IMG/VR virus record: IMGVR_UViG_3300020576_006644
Span: 32,001 to 96,000 of that record
Strand: one strand, 5' to 3'
Source: a virus
Lineage: Duplodnaviria > Caudoviricetes
Length of the DNA: 64,000 nt
Shown here: piece by piece, positions 28,063-37,973 of the stretch
Position numbering within the stretch: position 1 is the first letter of the stretch
Layout: each line of letters begins with the position of its first letter
The notes under the pieces: generated by a model
Databases searched by the model: none
Told to the model about the DNA's origin: nothing
The model's input: the letters and a program-made list of their open reading frames with translations, nothing else
Program-made: the position numbers and the translations under genes

Positions 28063-28539
28063 TCAGGCCGGGCGGCGCTCCGCGTCCCAGCTGAAGAACT
28101 CCACCCGACCGTTGACGGTAAGCCGACAACGGAACCGCTCGTCAAAGCCGCGCGGCAGGCTGTCACCCTCCACCACGATGAGGTCCGACCGCAGTCCCGC
28201 CACCGCACCGCACTGTCTCGTGACGGTCAGAGTCGGGTTGGTCTTGTCCCACCCAGCGACGCACAGCCGCACGCGAGTGACCGATTCCAGGAGGCCATCG
28301 GGTAGCTTTTCGCACACCGACTGTAGGAAGCGCTCTGCCGCCCGCGGGAAATTCTGAGCGATGAACAGCACCCGCAGCTTGGGGTTCTTGACGATCTCGT
28401 TGGCGATCTGCTGGAGGGTCACGGTTCGTTCCTTTACCCACGCCTTGAATTTACTTTGCACTGCGGCCAGCTCCGCACGTGCAGCGTCGTTCTCTTCCAC
28501 CAGGGCTACAAGATCTTGAACAGAAATTTCTTCACTCAC
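28063..28539 (-). CDS. Hypothetical protein
   Basis: GTGA overlap with upstream gene. Confidence 0.5.
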   Translation of the reverse strand: MSEEISVQDLVALVEENDAARAELAAVQSKFKAWVKERTVTLQQIANEIVKNPKLRVLFIAQNFPRAAERFLQSVCEKLPDGLLESVTRVRLCVAGWDKTNPTLTVTRQCGAVAGLRSDLIVVEGDSLPRGFDERFRCRLTVNGRVEFFSWDAERRPA

Positions 28540-29150
28540 CGCTTCTCCTCCCGCTTCGCCGCCGCCAGCGCCTGCCGGTGCGCACAGACCTCGCAACCTT
28601 CACCCTGACCCATCTTGTGGCCGTGCATCTTCTCCGAGACCCGGATCGCCAGCTCGTACACGGTGCCTTCGCCGATCAGGTCAAACGTGAGCCCCGCCTC
28701 GGCTGGCGTGCGAGCGGCGCGGAAGATGTGATCCCACACCCGCTTGCGCAGCGCCCACTCCTTGGCCGGGACAGCAGTGTCCGACGAGTTCTGGTAGTGG
28801 AAGTCCCTGAACTTGGTCTTCGGGAGCAGCTTGTCGAGGGTGTCGCCGCCGAAACCGAAGAACTGCACGAGCAGCACGTCCTCCCGATCGATCTGCGTCG
28901 GGTAGACAACGGCGCTGCAGGCCGGGTTCTCCAGGGCCGCGCCGTCGATCACGGCGAACCGCTCCCCACGCTTGAACATCTCGCGGAGGCCGTCGGTAAA
29001 CGCGCCGAAGTCGAAGTCCTTCGGAGACCACTCCGCAGCAACATTCGAGATGAACTCGTCCCACAGGTGCTTTCGCATCCGGCCGAGGAACGGCAGGAGC
29101 TGGTGGAGCGTCCCCTTGTAGAGGTAGGCGTCGTAGATCTTGGTGCTCAT
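28536..29150 (-). CDS. Hypothetical phage protein
   Basis: MSTKIYDAY...DFHYQNSSD..EWALRKRVWD. Confidence 0.7.
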   Translation of the reverse strand: MSTKIYDAYLYKGTLHQLLPFLGRMRKHLWDEFISNVAAEWSPKDFDFGAFTDGLREMFKRGERFAVIDGAALENPACSAVVYPTQIDREDVLLVQFFGFGGDTLDKLLPKTKFRDFHYQNSSDTAVPAKEWALRKRVWDHIFRAARTPAEAGLTFDLIGEGTVYELAIRVSEKMHGHKMGQGEGCEVCAHRQALAAAKREEKR

Positions 29151-29638
29151 GGAAAACAACCCATCTTCATTTGACTAGCGATAACCATGTCGGTTATTTC
29201 AAACCACTTGTCTAACATCCCATTATCGTCTTGTTGATGTCTGAATGCGCGTATCATCCCTGAGTCGCTAACAGCATCAAACTTCTTGGCATCAAAAGCA
29301 CCCATCTTCATGGCGTTATACGCTTGAATTTCGTTAAGCAACATATAGGCCCTAGGCTTATTTATGTCTCTGTACCTAGTAATCCCATATTGGCATACAT
29401 CCACTACACACGCTTCTTGTTCAAGGCGTATCATGAGGACTTTATGGTCCCCCTTGGACATAGCGATAACCCCCGCAAGCCATTTGCGTGCTTTGGCCTC
29501 TTGTCCTTTACAACTTGCTAGAAAGTAACTCGCTATGGCCGGACCAGCCCAGCAGTTGTTTGCAATTTCGTGCTCTTGAGCTGTCTCATAAGCCTTACAT
29601 TCCCTCCGTTCTTTAGCGGAATAAAACTCTTCAAGCAT
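29147..29638 (-). CDS. Hypothetical protein (low-GC insert)
   Basis: 163-aa ORF, AT-richer than flanks. Confidence 0.6.
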   Translation of the reverse strand: MLEEFYSAKERRECKAYETAQEHEIANNCWAGPAIASYFLASCKGQEAKARKWLAGVIAMSKGDHKVLMIRLEQEACVVDVCQYGITRYRDINKPRAYMLLNEIQAYNAMKMGAFDAKKFDAVSDSGMIRAFRHQQDDNGMLDKWFEITDMVIASQMKMGCFP

Positions 29639-29650
29639 AGCTGCAATCCC

Positions 29651-31396
29651 TTAGTTAAAGTAGAACGGTAGACCCTGCTGTAACCACTTGATAGTGACCT
29701 CGTCGGCTTGCTCTCCTTCGCGCATCGCGTCGAATGACACCTTGCAGCGGCCAAAACCCCCGGCTTCCTTCATCCCCTCCTCCATCGCGCGGCAGACCTT
29801 TTCGACCAGGGCGAAATTCGTCTTCTTCTGCCCGATGCGCTTGATGGCGAAACCGTCGGAGAGATCGAAATAGAGCCGCAGCTTTCCAGCGCACTTGTCC
29901 CGCAGGAAGTCCTGACCGGCCACGATACCGGCACCCTCGATGTGGTCCAGGGCGAGGTAGATCGCCTTGCGCGCCTTCTTCTCCGCGGTCTGAAGGGTGT
30001 CCTGGGGATCGATGACGACGCGCAGCTCAGTGCCGTTGGCCGCCGCTACCTTGCCGCGGGCGATCAGCTTCCGGGCGAGGCCGCCGTTGCCGTCCGCGCC
30101 GAACAGCGCCACCGGGATGTCAGCGATCGGGTGCGCGAGGACCTGCTCAACGAAGCCGGCAACTTGCCGCTTGGTGTTGCCGACCGGGTACTCTAGCGGC
30201 GCCGCCGGGTAGGGACTCGGCTTGGCTCCGCCGAGCAGCGGTGTCAGTGTTTTTTTGACCAGCTTGCGGGCCGCCGGGAGCATCGTCGGCTGCTTGAGCT
30301 GCGTGGCCACCGGCACACCAGCAGCGGCCAGGGCCTCGCTGGCGATCATCATGTAGGGGTCGAGGCCGCGGGCGGCCCAGCCTTGCAGCAGATCCCGAGC
30401 CCGCGGCGCGTCGGCGATCATGGCGGCGTTGTGAAGATTGCAGGCCACCATGTCCAGCTCCACCGCGTCGGGGAGCACCATGTGGCGGTAGCGCGCTTTG
30501 ATGTTTCCCGGGGAGCTGAGGGCACCGACACGGGTGGACTCGCTGTCCGGCCTGCCGCCGACCAGGGACCGCCCGACCGCGGCGACCTTGGCGATGGTGG
30601 CGGCACTCTTGAGGTCCTTGTCCGCGAGCGCCTGGGTGATAGCGGCTTTGGCCGGCTCGGCGATCTGCGCCTTAAAGGAGGGGAGTGGGCGGTACGCCTG
30701 CATACGGCGCTTGCGCACCGGGTTCCTGCAGGCGGCGATCTGGGCGTCCACCTGATCGAGCAGCTTCTGGACCTTCTCCACTGGGAGCGTCTTTCTCGGC
30801 TTGCCGGTGGGGCTGTCGATGCGGACCGGCTGGTCGATGACCCCGCGCTTGAGCTTCTCCCGAAACAGCTTGATCTCCGCCACCAGCGCCTCGTTCCAGG
30901 ACAACGCACCAGACCGGCACCACCCGTGCTGCCCGAACATCGGCTGCTCATAGTCCTTCACGTCGAGCTTGAGCCCGGCCACCTCTAACTCGCCGGCGAG
31001 CTTGGCGAGGGCTGCGGCCGGGCTCGGCTCACTGAGCAGCGGCGACAGGTAGCTGAGCCCCTGCATTCGCATGTAGCCCTTGTGCCTGCGGCAAGCCGAT
31101 CGCCCGTAGATCATGTCCTGGACGAAGTACAACCTCGCCCTGGCGGCATCGGTAGTGGTTCGCCACGTCTTACCCACCCCGAGAAACAGGAGCGGATAGA
31201 AGGTGTGGAGCATCTGCCACAGGTCTGAGTTGATGAACAGCTTTCGGTGGCGGGTGAATAGTTTCTCTCGCGTGTCGGCGCGCTTCTGCGCGGCCTCGGC
31301 GAGGTCTTTTTGACGCTTAGTTCGGTCTTCTCCAGCGACTACAAAACACACCGCTGGCATTGACCCGTTGACAGCAGGGTCCAGGTTCGAGTACAT
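29651..31396 (-). CDS. Large protein with divergent family-A polymerase / T7-RNAP-like motifs
   Basis: AVELDMVAC (motif A-like), DPYMMIA, RKLVKKTLTPLLGG (motif B-like), YFDLSDGFAI (motif C-like), in the expected order. Confidence 0.5.
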   Translation of the reverse strand: MYSNLDPAVNGSMPAVCFVVAGEDRTKRQKDLAEAAQKRADTREKLFTRHRKLFINSDLWQMLHTFYPLLFLGVGKTWRTTTDAARARLYFVQDMIYGRSACRRHKGYMRMQGLSYLSPLLSEPSPAAALAKLAGELEVAGLKLDVKDYEQPMFGQHGWCRSGALSWNEALVAEIKLFREKLKRGVIDQPVRIDSPTGKPRKTLPVEKVQKLLDQVDAQIAACRNPVRKRRMQAYRPLPSFKAQIAEPAKAAITQALADKDLKSAATIAKVAAVGRSLVGGRPDSESTRVGALSSPGNIKARYRHMVLPDAVELDMVACNLHNAAMIADAPRARDLLQGWAARGLDPYMMIASEALAAAGVPVATQLKQPTMLPAARKLVKKTLTPLLGGAKPSPYPAAPLEYPVGNTKRQVAGFVEQVLAHPIADIPVALFGADGNGGLARKLIARGKVAAANGTELRVVIDPQDTLQTAEKKARKAIYLALDHIEGAGIVAGQDFLRDKCAGKLRLYFDLSDGFAIKRIGQKKTNFALVEKVCRAMEEGMKEAGGFGRCKVSFDAMREGEQADEVTIKWLQQGLPFYFN

Positions 31397-31542
31397 CTTT
31401 ACCTACGAGGCAGCGGGTCGGAATCTACCAAGATCTTCGGCTCGGTGTAAAGGGTCAAACGACCAAAAGTCCCCTTCAGCAAGGGCAGCGGTTATGGCCC
31501 CGGCGGTAGCGCGAGTTGCCGCCGGGGCTGATCGCCTCCCTC

Positions 31543-32301
31543 CTAGGGCTTGGTCCAGGTGATGAGTACCGTCGAAACGTCGGTCCCCTCCTTGGAGAAG
31601 GTCCCCGCCGGCAGCTCCTCGATTTCCCCGCCGATCGCCAGGGCCTCGCGCAGCCCCTTATAAAGGGCGGTCTCGCGGAAGGTCACGCCGGCCGAGGCAA
31701 TTGCAGCCAGCCGGCCACCGGGGCGGAGGAACTTCATCGCGTGCAGGATGTGGCGAGCCTCCTGCCCCTTGGAGAACGGCGGGTTCATGACCACCGCGTC
31801 GTAGGTCGCCTCTGGCATCTTTTGAAGAAAATCGCCGCCTTGCGTGCAGAACCCCGCCACGATTAACTTTGCGGCCCGAGCTGGGTCCTGCTCGTAGCAA
31901 TAAACCTGAGGGGTGATCGCCTTCGCCTCCGCCGCGATGCGGCCAAGCCCGGCGGACGGCTCCAGCACAAGATCGCCTGCCCGAACAGCCCAGGCCACCA
32001 TTCGCTTGGCCAGCTCGGGCGGCGTCTGGAAGAAGTCCCCGGCGAACTTGGTCTTGAACTCCCCGGTGAGGAGCAGCGCCTCGATCTCGTCTGTCGGATC
32101 GTGATCGAACAGGTGCCCCTTCACCTTCTTGTTCCAGCTGCCACCCAGGGCCTCCACCGCCTCGTTGAAGGCCACGTAGACCTTGCGGTCTAGCTGCCCA
32201 TCGGTGATCCGCGCCACCCAGCACATCGGACCCTGCTCTACCACCAGCCGGCTCAGCACACCCAGGACTTCCGGGGTTAGCTTCTTAATCGACTTCGCCA
32301 T
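31543..32301 (-). CDS. Amino (N6-A/N4-C) DNA methyltransferase
   Basis: DFFQTP, VLEPSAGLG (SAM binding), VVMNPPF (motif IV), F.KEGT.V.T. Confidence 0.88.
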   Translation of the reverse strand: MAKSIKKLTPEVLGVLSRLVVEQGPMCWVARITDGQLDRKVYVAFNEAVEALGGSWNKKVKGHLFDHDPTDEIEALLLTGEFKTKFAGDFFQTPPELAKRMVAWAVRAGDLVLEPSAGLGRIAAEAKAITPQVYCYEQDPARAAKLIVAGFCTQGGDFLQKMPEATYDAVVMNPPFSKGQEARHILHAMKFLRPGGRLAAIASAGVTFRETALYKGLREALAIGGEIEELPAGTFSKEGTDVSTVLITWTKP

Positions 32302-32861
32302 GTTCACGATCTCCACGTTCAAAGGTTGAGCACCCACCAAATCTGATTACCCACCCGATCGCAATCCTGAACATCCACCCAGCCGAGCCGTTCCCACAGG
32401 TACGACCACGGGTACAAAAATCCTGGTCAAACTAAAATCTCCGACGGAACTACCGGAAAAGAAGTCACACACTAAACGGGGGTGGTGGGTGGTATCTAGG
32501 GGGACTAGGGCGGGCAAGGGGCCGGAGGCGCGGCGGGCAGCCGGCAGGGCGTTTTAAGGGCTGCAGAGCCCGGTGGCCGAGTTTTAGGGTGTCTGGGTCT
32601 CCGGTTTTTGTGTCTCGCCTTACATTTTGGACTCCTGTCCCCTGCGGTTTGGGGCTCTAACCACCCTGCCGGCTGCACCCCAACCACCACCTCGTCCCGT
32701 TTAGTAGGGTGACTTCTTTTTGGATGTCCCCGTCGGTGAGTTTTGCGTGACCACGATCTTTTGTGTGTCTGGGTGGGTTTGTGTCCAATCTGGGTAAGCT
32801 GGGATGCTGACCAAACGTCCAGGATTGCCTTGGCTGATCGGGCGGCTGTAGCGTCCAGCTC
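32302..32861. other. Non-coding divergent strand-switch region (origin/terminus or control region candidate)
   Basis: ~560 bp without a credible ORF; G/T-skewed tracts; SOS-like boxes at both ends. Confidence 0.5.
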
Positions 32862-33920
32862 ATGAAACCGACCCACTACCAGATCCTGGGGATCGCCAAG
32901 ACCGCTGCGGCTGAGGAGGTGAAGGCCGCCTTTCGCAGGCTGGCCCGGCTGAACCACCCCGATCGAAACCCGGGTGACAGGGCAGCCGAGGAGCGGTTCA
33001 AGCTGGCCGCTGCAGCCTACGAGGTGCTGTCCGACCCCGCCAAGCGTCAGCACTACGATCGCTTCGGCACCGCGGCCCCGATCGTCATCCCCAGCCGCAA
33101 GGGCCGCTACCTGATAGAGGGCCAGATCGCCTCCGGGGACCTCGCCGACATCTACAAGGCCAAGCGCGAGGCGGACGGGTGGCAGGTCGTCCTCAAGGTC
33201 GCCCGGTCGCCCGCGGTGAACGACCTCCTGGCGGCCGAGGCTGCGCGGCTGAAGGACCTGTTCCCGATCGCTGCCTCACCGATGGGGCCCGGGGTCCGCT
33301 ACCTGCCCAAGTTTTACGACAGCTTCCAGGTGGATGACGGGACGCGGCGGCAGGTGCTGGTGCTGGACTACCTCGCCGACTTCGCCACCTTCGAGCAGGT
33401 TCGGTCGCACTTCCCCGCCGGGGTGGCCCTGGAGCATGGGGTCTGGATGTTCAACCGCCTGCTGGAGGGCCTCGACTATGCGCACCGCCAGGGGCACGTT
33501 CACGGGGCGCTCGTGCCGTCGAACGCCATGGTTTGGCTCGACCCCATGGGGCACCTGTGCAAGATCATCGACTGGAGCTACGCCGGCAAGGTCGGCGAGC
33601 GCGTCAAGGCGATTTCCCCGAGCTGGCGGTCGTTTTACCCGCCCGAGGTCCTGGGGAAGCAGCCGGCCACCGCGGCGACCGACATCTATATGGCGGCCAA
33701 GCTCGTCGGCTACGTCCTGGGTGGCACCGAGGCGAGTCACTGGCTCCCGTCGGCCGCCCCCGACTACTTGCGGCGGTTCTTGACGGGCTGCTGTCTGCCG
33801 GACCCGCGGCAGCGCCCCCAGGGCGCCTGGGCCGCCCACGAAGAGTTCCGCGCCTACATGCAGGCGCATTACGGGCCGAAGAAGTTCGTGCCCTTTACCA
33901 ACCCGGGCTGGGCCCGGTAG
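32862..33920 (+). CDS. J-domain fused to protein-kinase-like (pseudokinase) domain
   Basis: HYQILG...HPDRNPGD J-domain; [13 protein letters not shown] (catalytic Asp absent), IIDWSY, YPPE, TDIY. Confidence 0.88.
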   Translation: MKPTHYQILGIAKTAAAEEVKAAFRRLARLNHPDRNPGDRAAEERFKLAAAAYEVLSDPAKRQHYDRFGTAAPIVIPSRKGRYLIEGQIASGDLADIYKAKREADGWQVVLKVARSPAVNDLLAAEAARLKDLFPIAASPMGPGVRYLPKFYDSFQVDDGTRRQVLVLDYLADFATFEQVRSHFPAGVALEHGVWMFNRLLEGLDYAHRQGHVHGALVPSNAMVWLDPMGHLCKIIDWSYAGKVGERVKAISPSWRSFYPPEVLGKQPATAATDIYMAAKLVGYVLGGTEASHWLPSAAPDYLRRFLTGCCLPDPRQRPQGAWAAHEEFRAYMQAHYGPKKFVPFTNPGWAR

Positions 33921-33939
33921 ACGACAAGGAGAAGATGCC

Positions 33940-34962
33940 ATGGGATACGCAAACTACAGCGACGATGCGGCGGCGGCACGGGTGACGAGCCGGGTGGCGG
34001 ATGGCAAGCCGGCGGTGGCCAGCTACACGGCGGACGTGCGCAGCGGCGCCGCGCCGGCCAAGGCGCACAAGGACCTCGACCCCAAGGGGATGCTGTTTCG
34101 CGAGAGCCGCGACAGCGCCAACCACCCCGAGTCGGTGCCGGTGATCATTGGCCTGGACCAGACCGGGTCCATGGGCCGGGTGGTCAAGCAGATTCAGAAG
34201 TCGATCACCCCGATCATGAAGCTGCTGGTGGACAAGGGCTACCTGCCCCACCCCCACATCATGGTGATCGGTATCGGTGACAGCCCCAACATGGAGGCGG
34301 CCCCGCTGCAGGTCAGCCAGTTTGAGAGCGACGACAAGATCGAGGCGTGCATCGACAGCATCTACATCGAGGGCAACGGCGGCGGCCAGAACAAGGAGAG
34401 CTACCAGAACGCCGCCTACGTCGCCGGCTTCAAGACCCGGACCGACCACTTCGAGAAGCGCGGGCAGAAGGGCTACTTCTTCATCATCGGCGACGAGATG
34501 AACCACCGCTTCGAGCGGCAGGAGCTTATCGACCTCATCGGGACGGCGGACGAGCGGGGCCTCTCCGAGGAGCTGACCACCCAGCAGGTCTACGAGCGGG
34601 CCAAGGAGCGGTATCACATCTTCTTCGTCCTCCCCAAGAACGCCCAGAACGGCGGCAACCCGGGTATCAAGAACCACTGGAAGGTGCTGCTCGGGGAGGA
34701 GAATGTGCTGGAGCTGGCGGACGAGAACGCCGCCGGTGAGTTTATCGCCGCCCAGATCGGCCTGTGCGAGGACCGCACGGACCTGGACACCATCGCCCGC
34801 GACATCGTGGATATCCACGGCGCCGGTGCGCACTCCCACGCGCTCGTGGCCGCCGTGACGGGCGGCGTGTCGACCACCTACAAGGGGCAGACGCTGGCGC
34901 GTGTTCCGGCCGGCAGCCTCACCCCGTCCACCAACAACCCGGTCAGCATCGACCGTTTGTAA
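33940..34962 (+). CDS. von Willebrand factor A (vWA) domain protein
   Basis: IIGLDQTGSMG MIDAS-like, GIGD, EGNGGGQNKESY, FFIIGDE. Confidence 0.85.
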   Translation: MGYANYSDDAAAARVTSRVADGKPAVASYTADVRSGAAPAKAHKDLDPKGMLFRESRDSANHPESVPVIIGLDQTGSMGRVVKQIQKSITPIMKLLVDKGYLPHPHIMVIGIGDSPNMEAAPLQVSQFESDDKIEACIDSIYIEGNGGGQNKESYQNAAYVAGFKTRTDHFEKRGQKGYFFIIGDEMNHRFERQELIDLIGTADERGLSEELTTQQVYERAKERYHIFFVLPKNAQNGGNPGIKNHWKVLLGEENVLELADENAAGEFIAAQIGLCEDRTDLDTIARDIVDIHGAGAHSHALVAAVTGGVSTTYKGQTLARVPAGSLTPSTNNPVSIDRL

Positions 34963-34971
34963 GGGCGAAGC

Positions 34972-35008
34972 GGTGCGCGGATCTTCATCTTTGGGAGATC
35001 CGCGCACC
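34972..35008 (+). promoter_or_regulatory. 15-bp stem-loop directly 5' of the purA-like RBS
   Basis: GGTGCGCGGATCTTC-ATCTTTG-GGAGATCCGCGCACC followed by CACAAGGAGG. Confidence 0.6.
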
Positions 35009-35023
35009 CACAAGGAGGCGCTC

Positions 35024-36394
35024 ATGCTCAGAAAAACTTTGGCACCCCAGGTCGTTCTGCTCTGTGGCCTCGGGTTCGGCGACGAGGGGAAGGGTACGAC
35101 GGTGGATTTTTTGACCGAGCAGCTCGGAGCACACACCGTCGTTCGCTATAACGGCGGCCCACAGGCGGCGCACACCGTCGTGGAGAAGGGCCGGCACCAC
35201 GTCTTTGCGCAGTTCGGCTCAGGGACGCTGCTGGGTGCACGGACCTACCTCAGCAGCCACATGCTGGTTTGCCCGTTCCGCCTGCAGTCTGAGGCCGCCG
35301 CGCTGGACGCGATCGGCATCCGTCGGTCCCTCGACATGGTGGCGATCGACCGGGCGGCGCCGCTGGTGACGCCGGTGCACAAACTGGCCTGCCAGGTGCG
35401 GGAGCTGGCGCGCCAGGACCGGCATGGCTCCTGCGGGATGGGCATCTGGGAGACAACGCGGATCGCTCGGCAGAACCCCAAGATCGCCCCGCGGGTTGGG
35501 GACTTGGAGGACATCGACCTTCTCATGGAGAAGATTGAAGCCCTGCGCCTGGAGATGCTGTACGACGTGTGCGACGACGTGGTGGCAGCAAGGGAGACGC
35601 CCCGGCACGCCGCAGCTCAGAAGGTCTATCAGGAACTCGACGACCTGGACCTGCCCGCGCTGCGCCAGCGATACGCGGAGATCGGTAAGGAAACCACCCT
35701 TGGAAAGTACGGCCTGGTCGACAGCGGGTACTTGGGTGATCGTCTCCAGTCTGGCACCACGATCTTCGAAGGGGCACAGGGTGTGTTGCTCGACGAGACG
35801 TGGGGATTCCACCCGCACACGACGGGCAGCACGACCACCTTCGCTAACGCCGAGGACATCCTGTCGGACCTGGGGTACGGCGGGGAAAAGTACCGGATCG
35901 GGGTTCTGCGCAGCTACATGACGCGGCATGGCCAGGGTCCGATGCCGACGGAGCTGCGCACCCTGGCGTCCGAGGAGGTCCACAACAAGACGACCCCATG
36001 GGCAGGGGACTTCAGGCACGGGATACTCGATTTGGTCCTCCTCCGCTACGCCATTTCCGTGGTCGGCGGTATCGACTCGCTGGCGCTCACCCACGCGGAC
36101 CGCTGGTCGAAATACGGGACCGCCTGCGTGTCGTACTCCCCGGTGTCGCAGCGCTATTTCCAGCTCGGCGGTGCGCTGTTGCGCCGGTCGGAGTGCCCAG
36201 ACCTCGGTTACCAAGAGGGGCTGGGTCGTGCGGTCGCGGCTGCCCATCCGGTGTGCAAGTCGGGAGATCTCATCGAGATCGTCGAGGATCAGCTGCAGGT
36301 CGATGTTTCCGTCTTGTCGAGCGGCCCTGGGCGCGGCGACAAGTGCTGGCTGAACAAACGCGCCGGATTGCCGGCCGCGGCTGCCTGCGGGTAA
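35024..36394 (+). CDS. Divergent adenylosuccinate synthetase-like (PurA family) protein
   Basis: GFGDEGKG, RYNGGPQAAHT, FEGAQGVLLD, HPHTT, TRHGQGPMPTE; substrate loop and TKLD motif divergent. Confidence 0.88.
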   Translation: MLRKTLAPQVVLLCGLGFGDEGKGTTVDFLTEQLGAHTVVRYNGGPQAAHTVVEKGRHHVFAQFGSGTLLGARTYLSSHMLVCPFRLQSEAAALDAIGIRRSLDMVAIDRAAPLVTPVHKLACQVRELARQDRHGSCGMGIWETTRIARQNPKIAPRVGDLEDIDLLMEKIEALRLEMLYDVCDDVVAARETPRHAAAQKVYQELDDLDLPALRQRYAEIGKETTLGKYGLVDSGYLGDRLQSGTTIFEGAQGVLLDETWGFHPHTTGSTTTFANAEDILSDLGYGGEKYRIGVLRSYMTRHGQGPMPTELRTLASEEVHNKTTPWAGDFRHGILDLVLLRYAISVVGGIDSLALTHADRWSKYGTACVSYSPVSQRYFQLGGALLRRSECPDLGYQEGLGRAVAAAHPVCKSGDLIEIVEDQLQVDVSVLSSGPGRGDKCWLNKRAGLPAAAACG

Positions 36395-36419
36395 CGTCCC
36401 TCGTTACAAGGAGGTTGAG

Positions 36420-36587
36420 ATGGACCAGATCGTTGAGCGGTTTGACGACAGCCCGGCCAGCAAGCTGAGGCAGTACCTGGAGGACAATCTGCACCTGCGC
36501 GTTGTCGCCATGACCGGCTGGGTGGCGACCGATGGCGAGGAGTGCTTGATCGCTGTGTTCGAACCCAAGTCGCGGGTGGCGTTGTGA
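36420..36587 (+). CDS. Small hypothetical protein
   Basis: AAGGAGG RBS, 55 aa (MDQIVERFDD...). Confidence 0.6.
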   Translation: MDQIVERFDDSPASKLRQYLEDNLHLRVVAMTGWVATDGEECLIAVFEPKSRVAL

Positions 36588-37228
36588 CAGACGGCAGCGA
36601 GTTCGACTGCAAGGGTGGGTGCCGTCGGCGCACCGCCAACCTGAGCGGGACCTGTACCGACTGCCGGCGCGAGGGCTGCGGTCGGATCGTGATGGGTCAG
36701 AGCGGAGACTGCGTCTGCCCGAGCCTTGAGCATCACGATCACCTTGTCGCGCAGGGCCGGCTGCGCTTCGACAAAGTTCAAGGCCGGCTCATCCCGCCGC
36801 TCCGCGTCGAGCATCCCTTCAGCCTCGATGTCCCGGTCTACGCCCCCGAGCACCTGGAGTCGCGCATCGCCGCTATCGTCAAGGGCTTCGACGCCGAGCG
36901 GGTTCACAAGGTGATGACGATGCTCGACTGGCGCTGGGGCGGCAGTGACATGCCGGTGGGTGGCGTCCCCACGGTCGAGCAGATCAGGGAGAAGGCCGCC
37001 GGACTGCTGCGCTGCACCGTCTCCGACTTCGCCTCTGGCAAGATCGGCGCTGGCGGCGGCTGGGGCACCGGCGGCCTCAAGACCATCATCTCGGAGCGCG
37101 GGGAGCTGGCTGTCACCTTCGAGCTGTGTGACGCCTTCGAGCAGCTGCAGCACTGCGACGAGGGGGGTGCGCCGCTGCCGGCCGGCTACCTGTGCGTCGG
37201 GGACCCCAGGACCTGGAGGAACACCTAA
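36584..37228 (+). CDS. Hypothetical protein, Cys-rich N-terminus
   Basis: FDAERVHKVMTMLDWRW...TGGL phage-type domain. Confidence 0.6.
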   Translation: MTDGSEFDCKGGCRRRTANLSGTCTDCRREGCGRIVMGQSGDCVCPSLEHHDHLVAQGRLRFDKVQGRLIPPLRVEHPFSLDVPVYAPEHLESRIAAIVKGFDAERVHKVMTMLDWRWGGSDMPVGGVPTVEQIREKAAGLLRCTVSDFASGKIGAGGGWGTGGLKTIISERGELAVTFELCDAFEQLQHCDEGGAPLPAGYLCVGDPRTWRNT

Positions 37229-37626
37229 TGGGCAAGTGGAGACTCTACAAGCACCACCTGGGCGACTACATGCGCCGGTGGATCTTCCAAACCCCATGGG
37301 GCACCATCCACCTTCACCACATCCTGCGCAGTGACGGTGATAGGGCGTTCCATGATCACCCCTGGAACTTCACCAGCAACCTGCTCTCCGGTGGCTACAC
37401 CGAGCTGCGACCCGCCGGGTACAACGCGACCACAATGCGGGTCTGGCCCCGCTGGAGCATTGTTCGCCGCAAGGCGACTGATCTACACCGCTTGATTCTC
37501 GACAAGCCCGTCTGGACGCTGGTTTTCACCTCTAAGAAGCTGCGGGAGTGGGGCTTCGTCGAGGACGGCAAGTGGACTCACTGGCGCGAGTACGAGAAGC
37601 GCTACACCTCAAAGGCCCTCACATGA
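37228..37626 (+). CDS. Cupin-like phage protein
   Basis: HLHHILRSD...HDHPWNF...GGYTE...HRL...WTLV...WGF. Confidence 0.75.
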   Translation: MGKWRLYKHHLGDYMRRWIFQTPWGTIHLHHILRSDGDRAFHDHPWNFTSNLLSGGYTELRPAGYNATTMRVWPRWSIVRRKATDLHRLILDKPVWTLVFTSKKLREWGFVEDGKWTHWREYEKRYTSKALT

Positions 37627-37973
37627 CCACCTGGAAGAAGACCAAGAAGCGGCGGGCGCAGAAGGCCCAAGAGCAGAGGCAGGCGACGGCTTCGGCAGCT
37701 CGCCACGAAGAGAATCTGCGGGCCCGCCAATCTGCCGAGGAGGCCAGCTGGCAGCGCCAGCGCGAGATGATAGAGGCCCGGCGAGCCGCCAATCTCGCGG
37801 CCCGGGTGGAGAAGGCCGACGAGGCGCTAAAGCCGGAGGCCCCATCGCCGCCGCGACCTGCACTCCAGCTTCGCCGCCGGCCGCTGCACCTCATGAGCAT
37901 GTTGCTGGCCCCGCTGCTGCTCGGGGCGGGGATAAACGCGCTGTTGGAGCCACCACCCAAGGAGAAGCCGTGA
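37623..37973 (+). CDS. Hypothetical protein with C-terminal hydrophobic segment
   Basis: ATGA overlap with upstream gene. Confidence 0.55.
   Translation: MTTWKKTKKRRAQKAQEQRQATASAARHEENLRARQSAEEASWQRQREMIEARRAANLAARVEKADEALKPEAPSPPRPALQLRRRPLHLMSMLLAPLLLGAGINALLEPPPKEKP

Noticed and set aside
28049-28066. Extra SOS-box copy at the 28063 stop (also CTGAAC at 149)
   Set aside because: Only a half-site without the GATTGC extension; not counted.
35024-36394. PurZ / Z-genome (2-aminoadenine) pathway
   Set aside because: P-loop is GDEGKG with Asp retained, whereas PurZ has Ser; no DatZ/MazZ-like gene recognised in the window.
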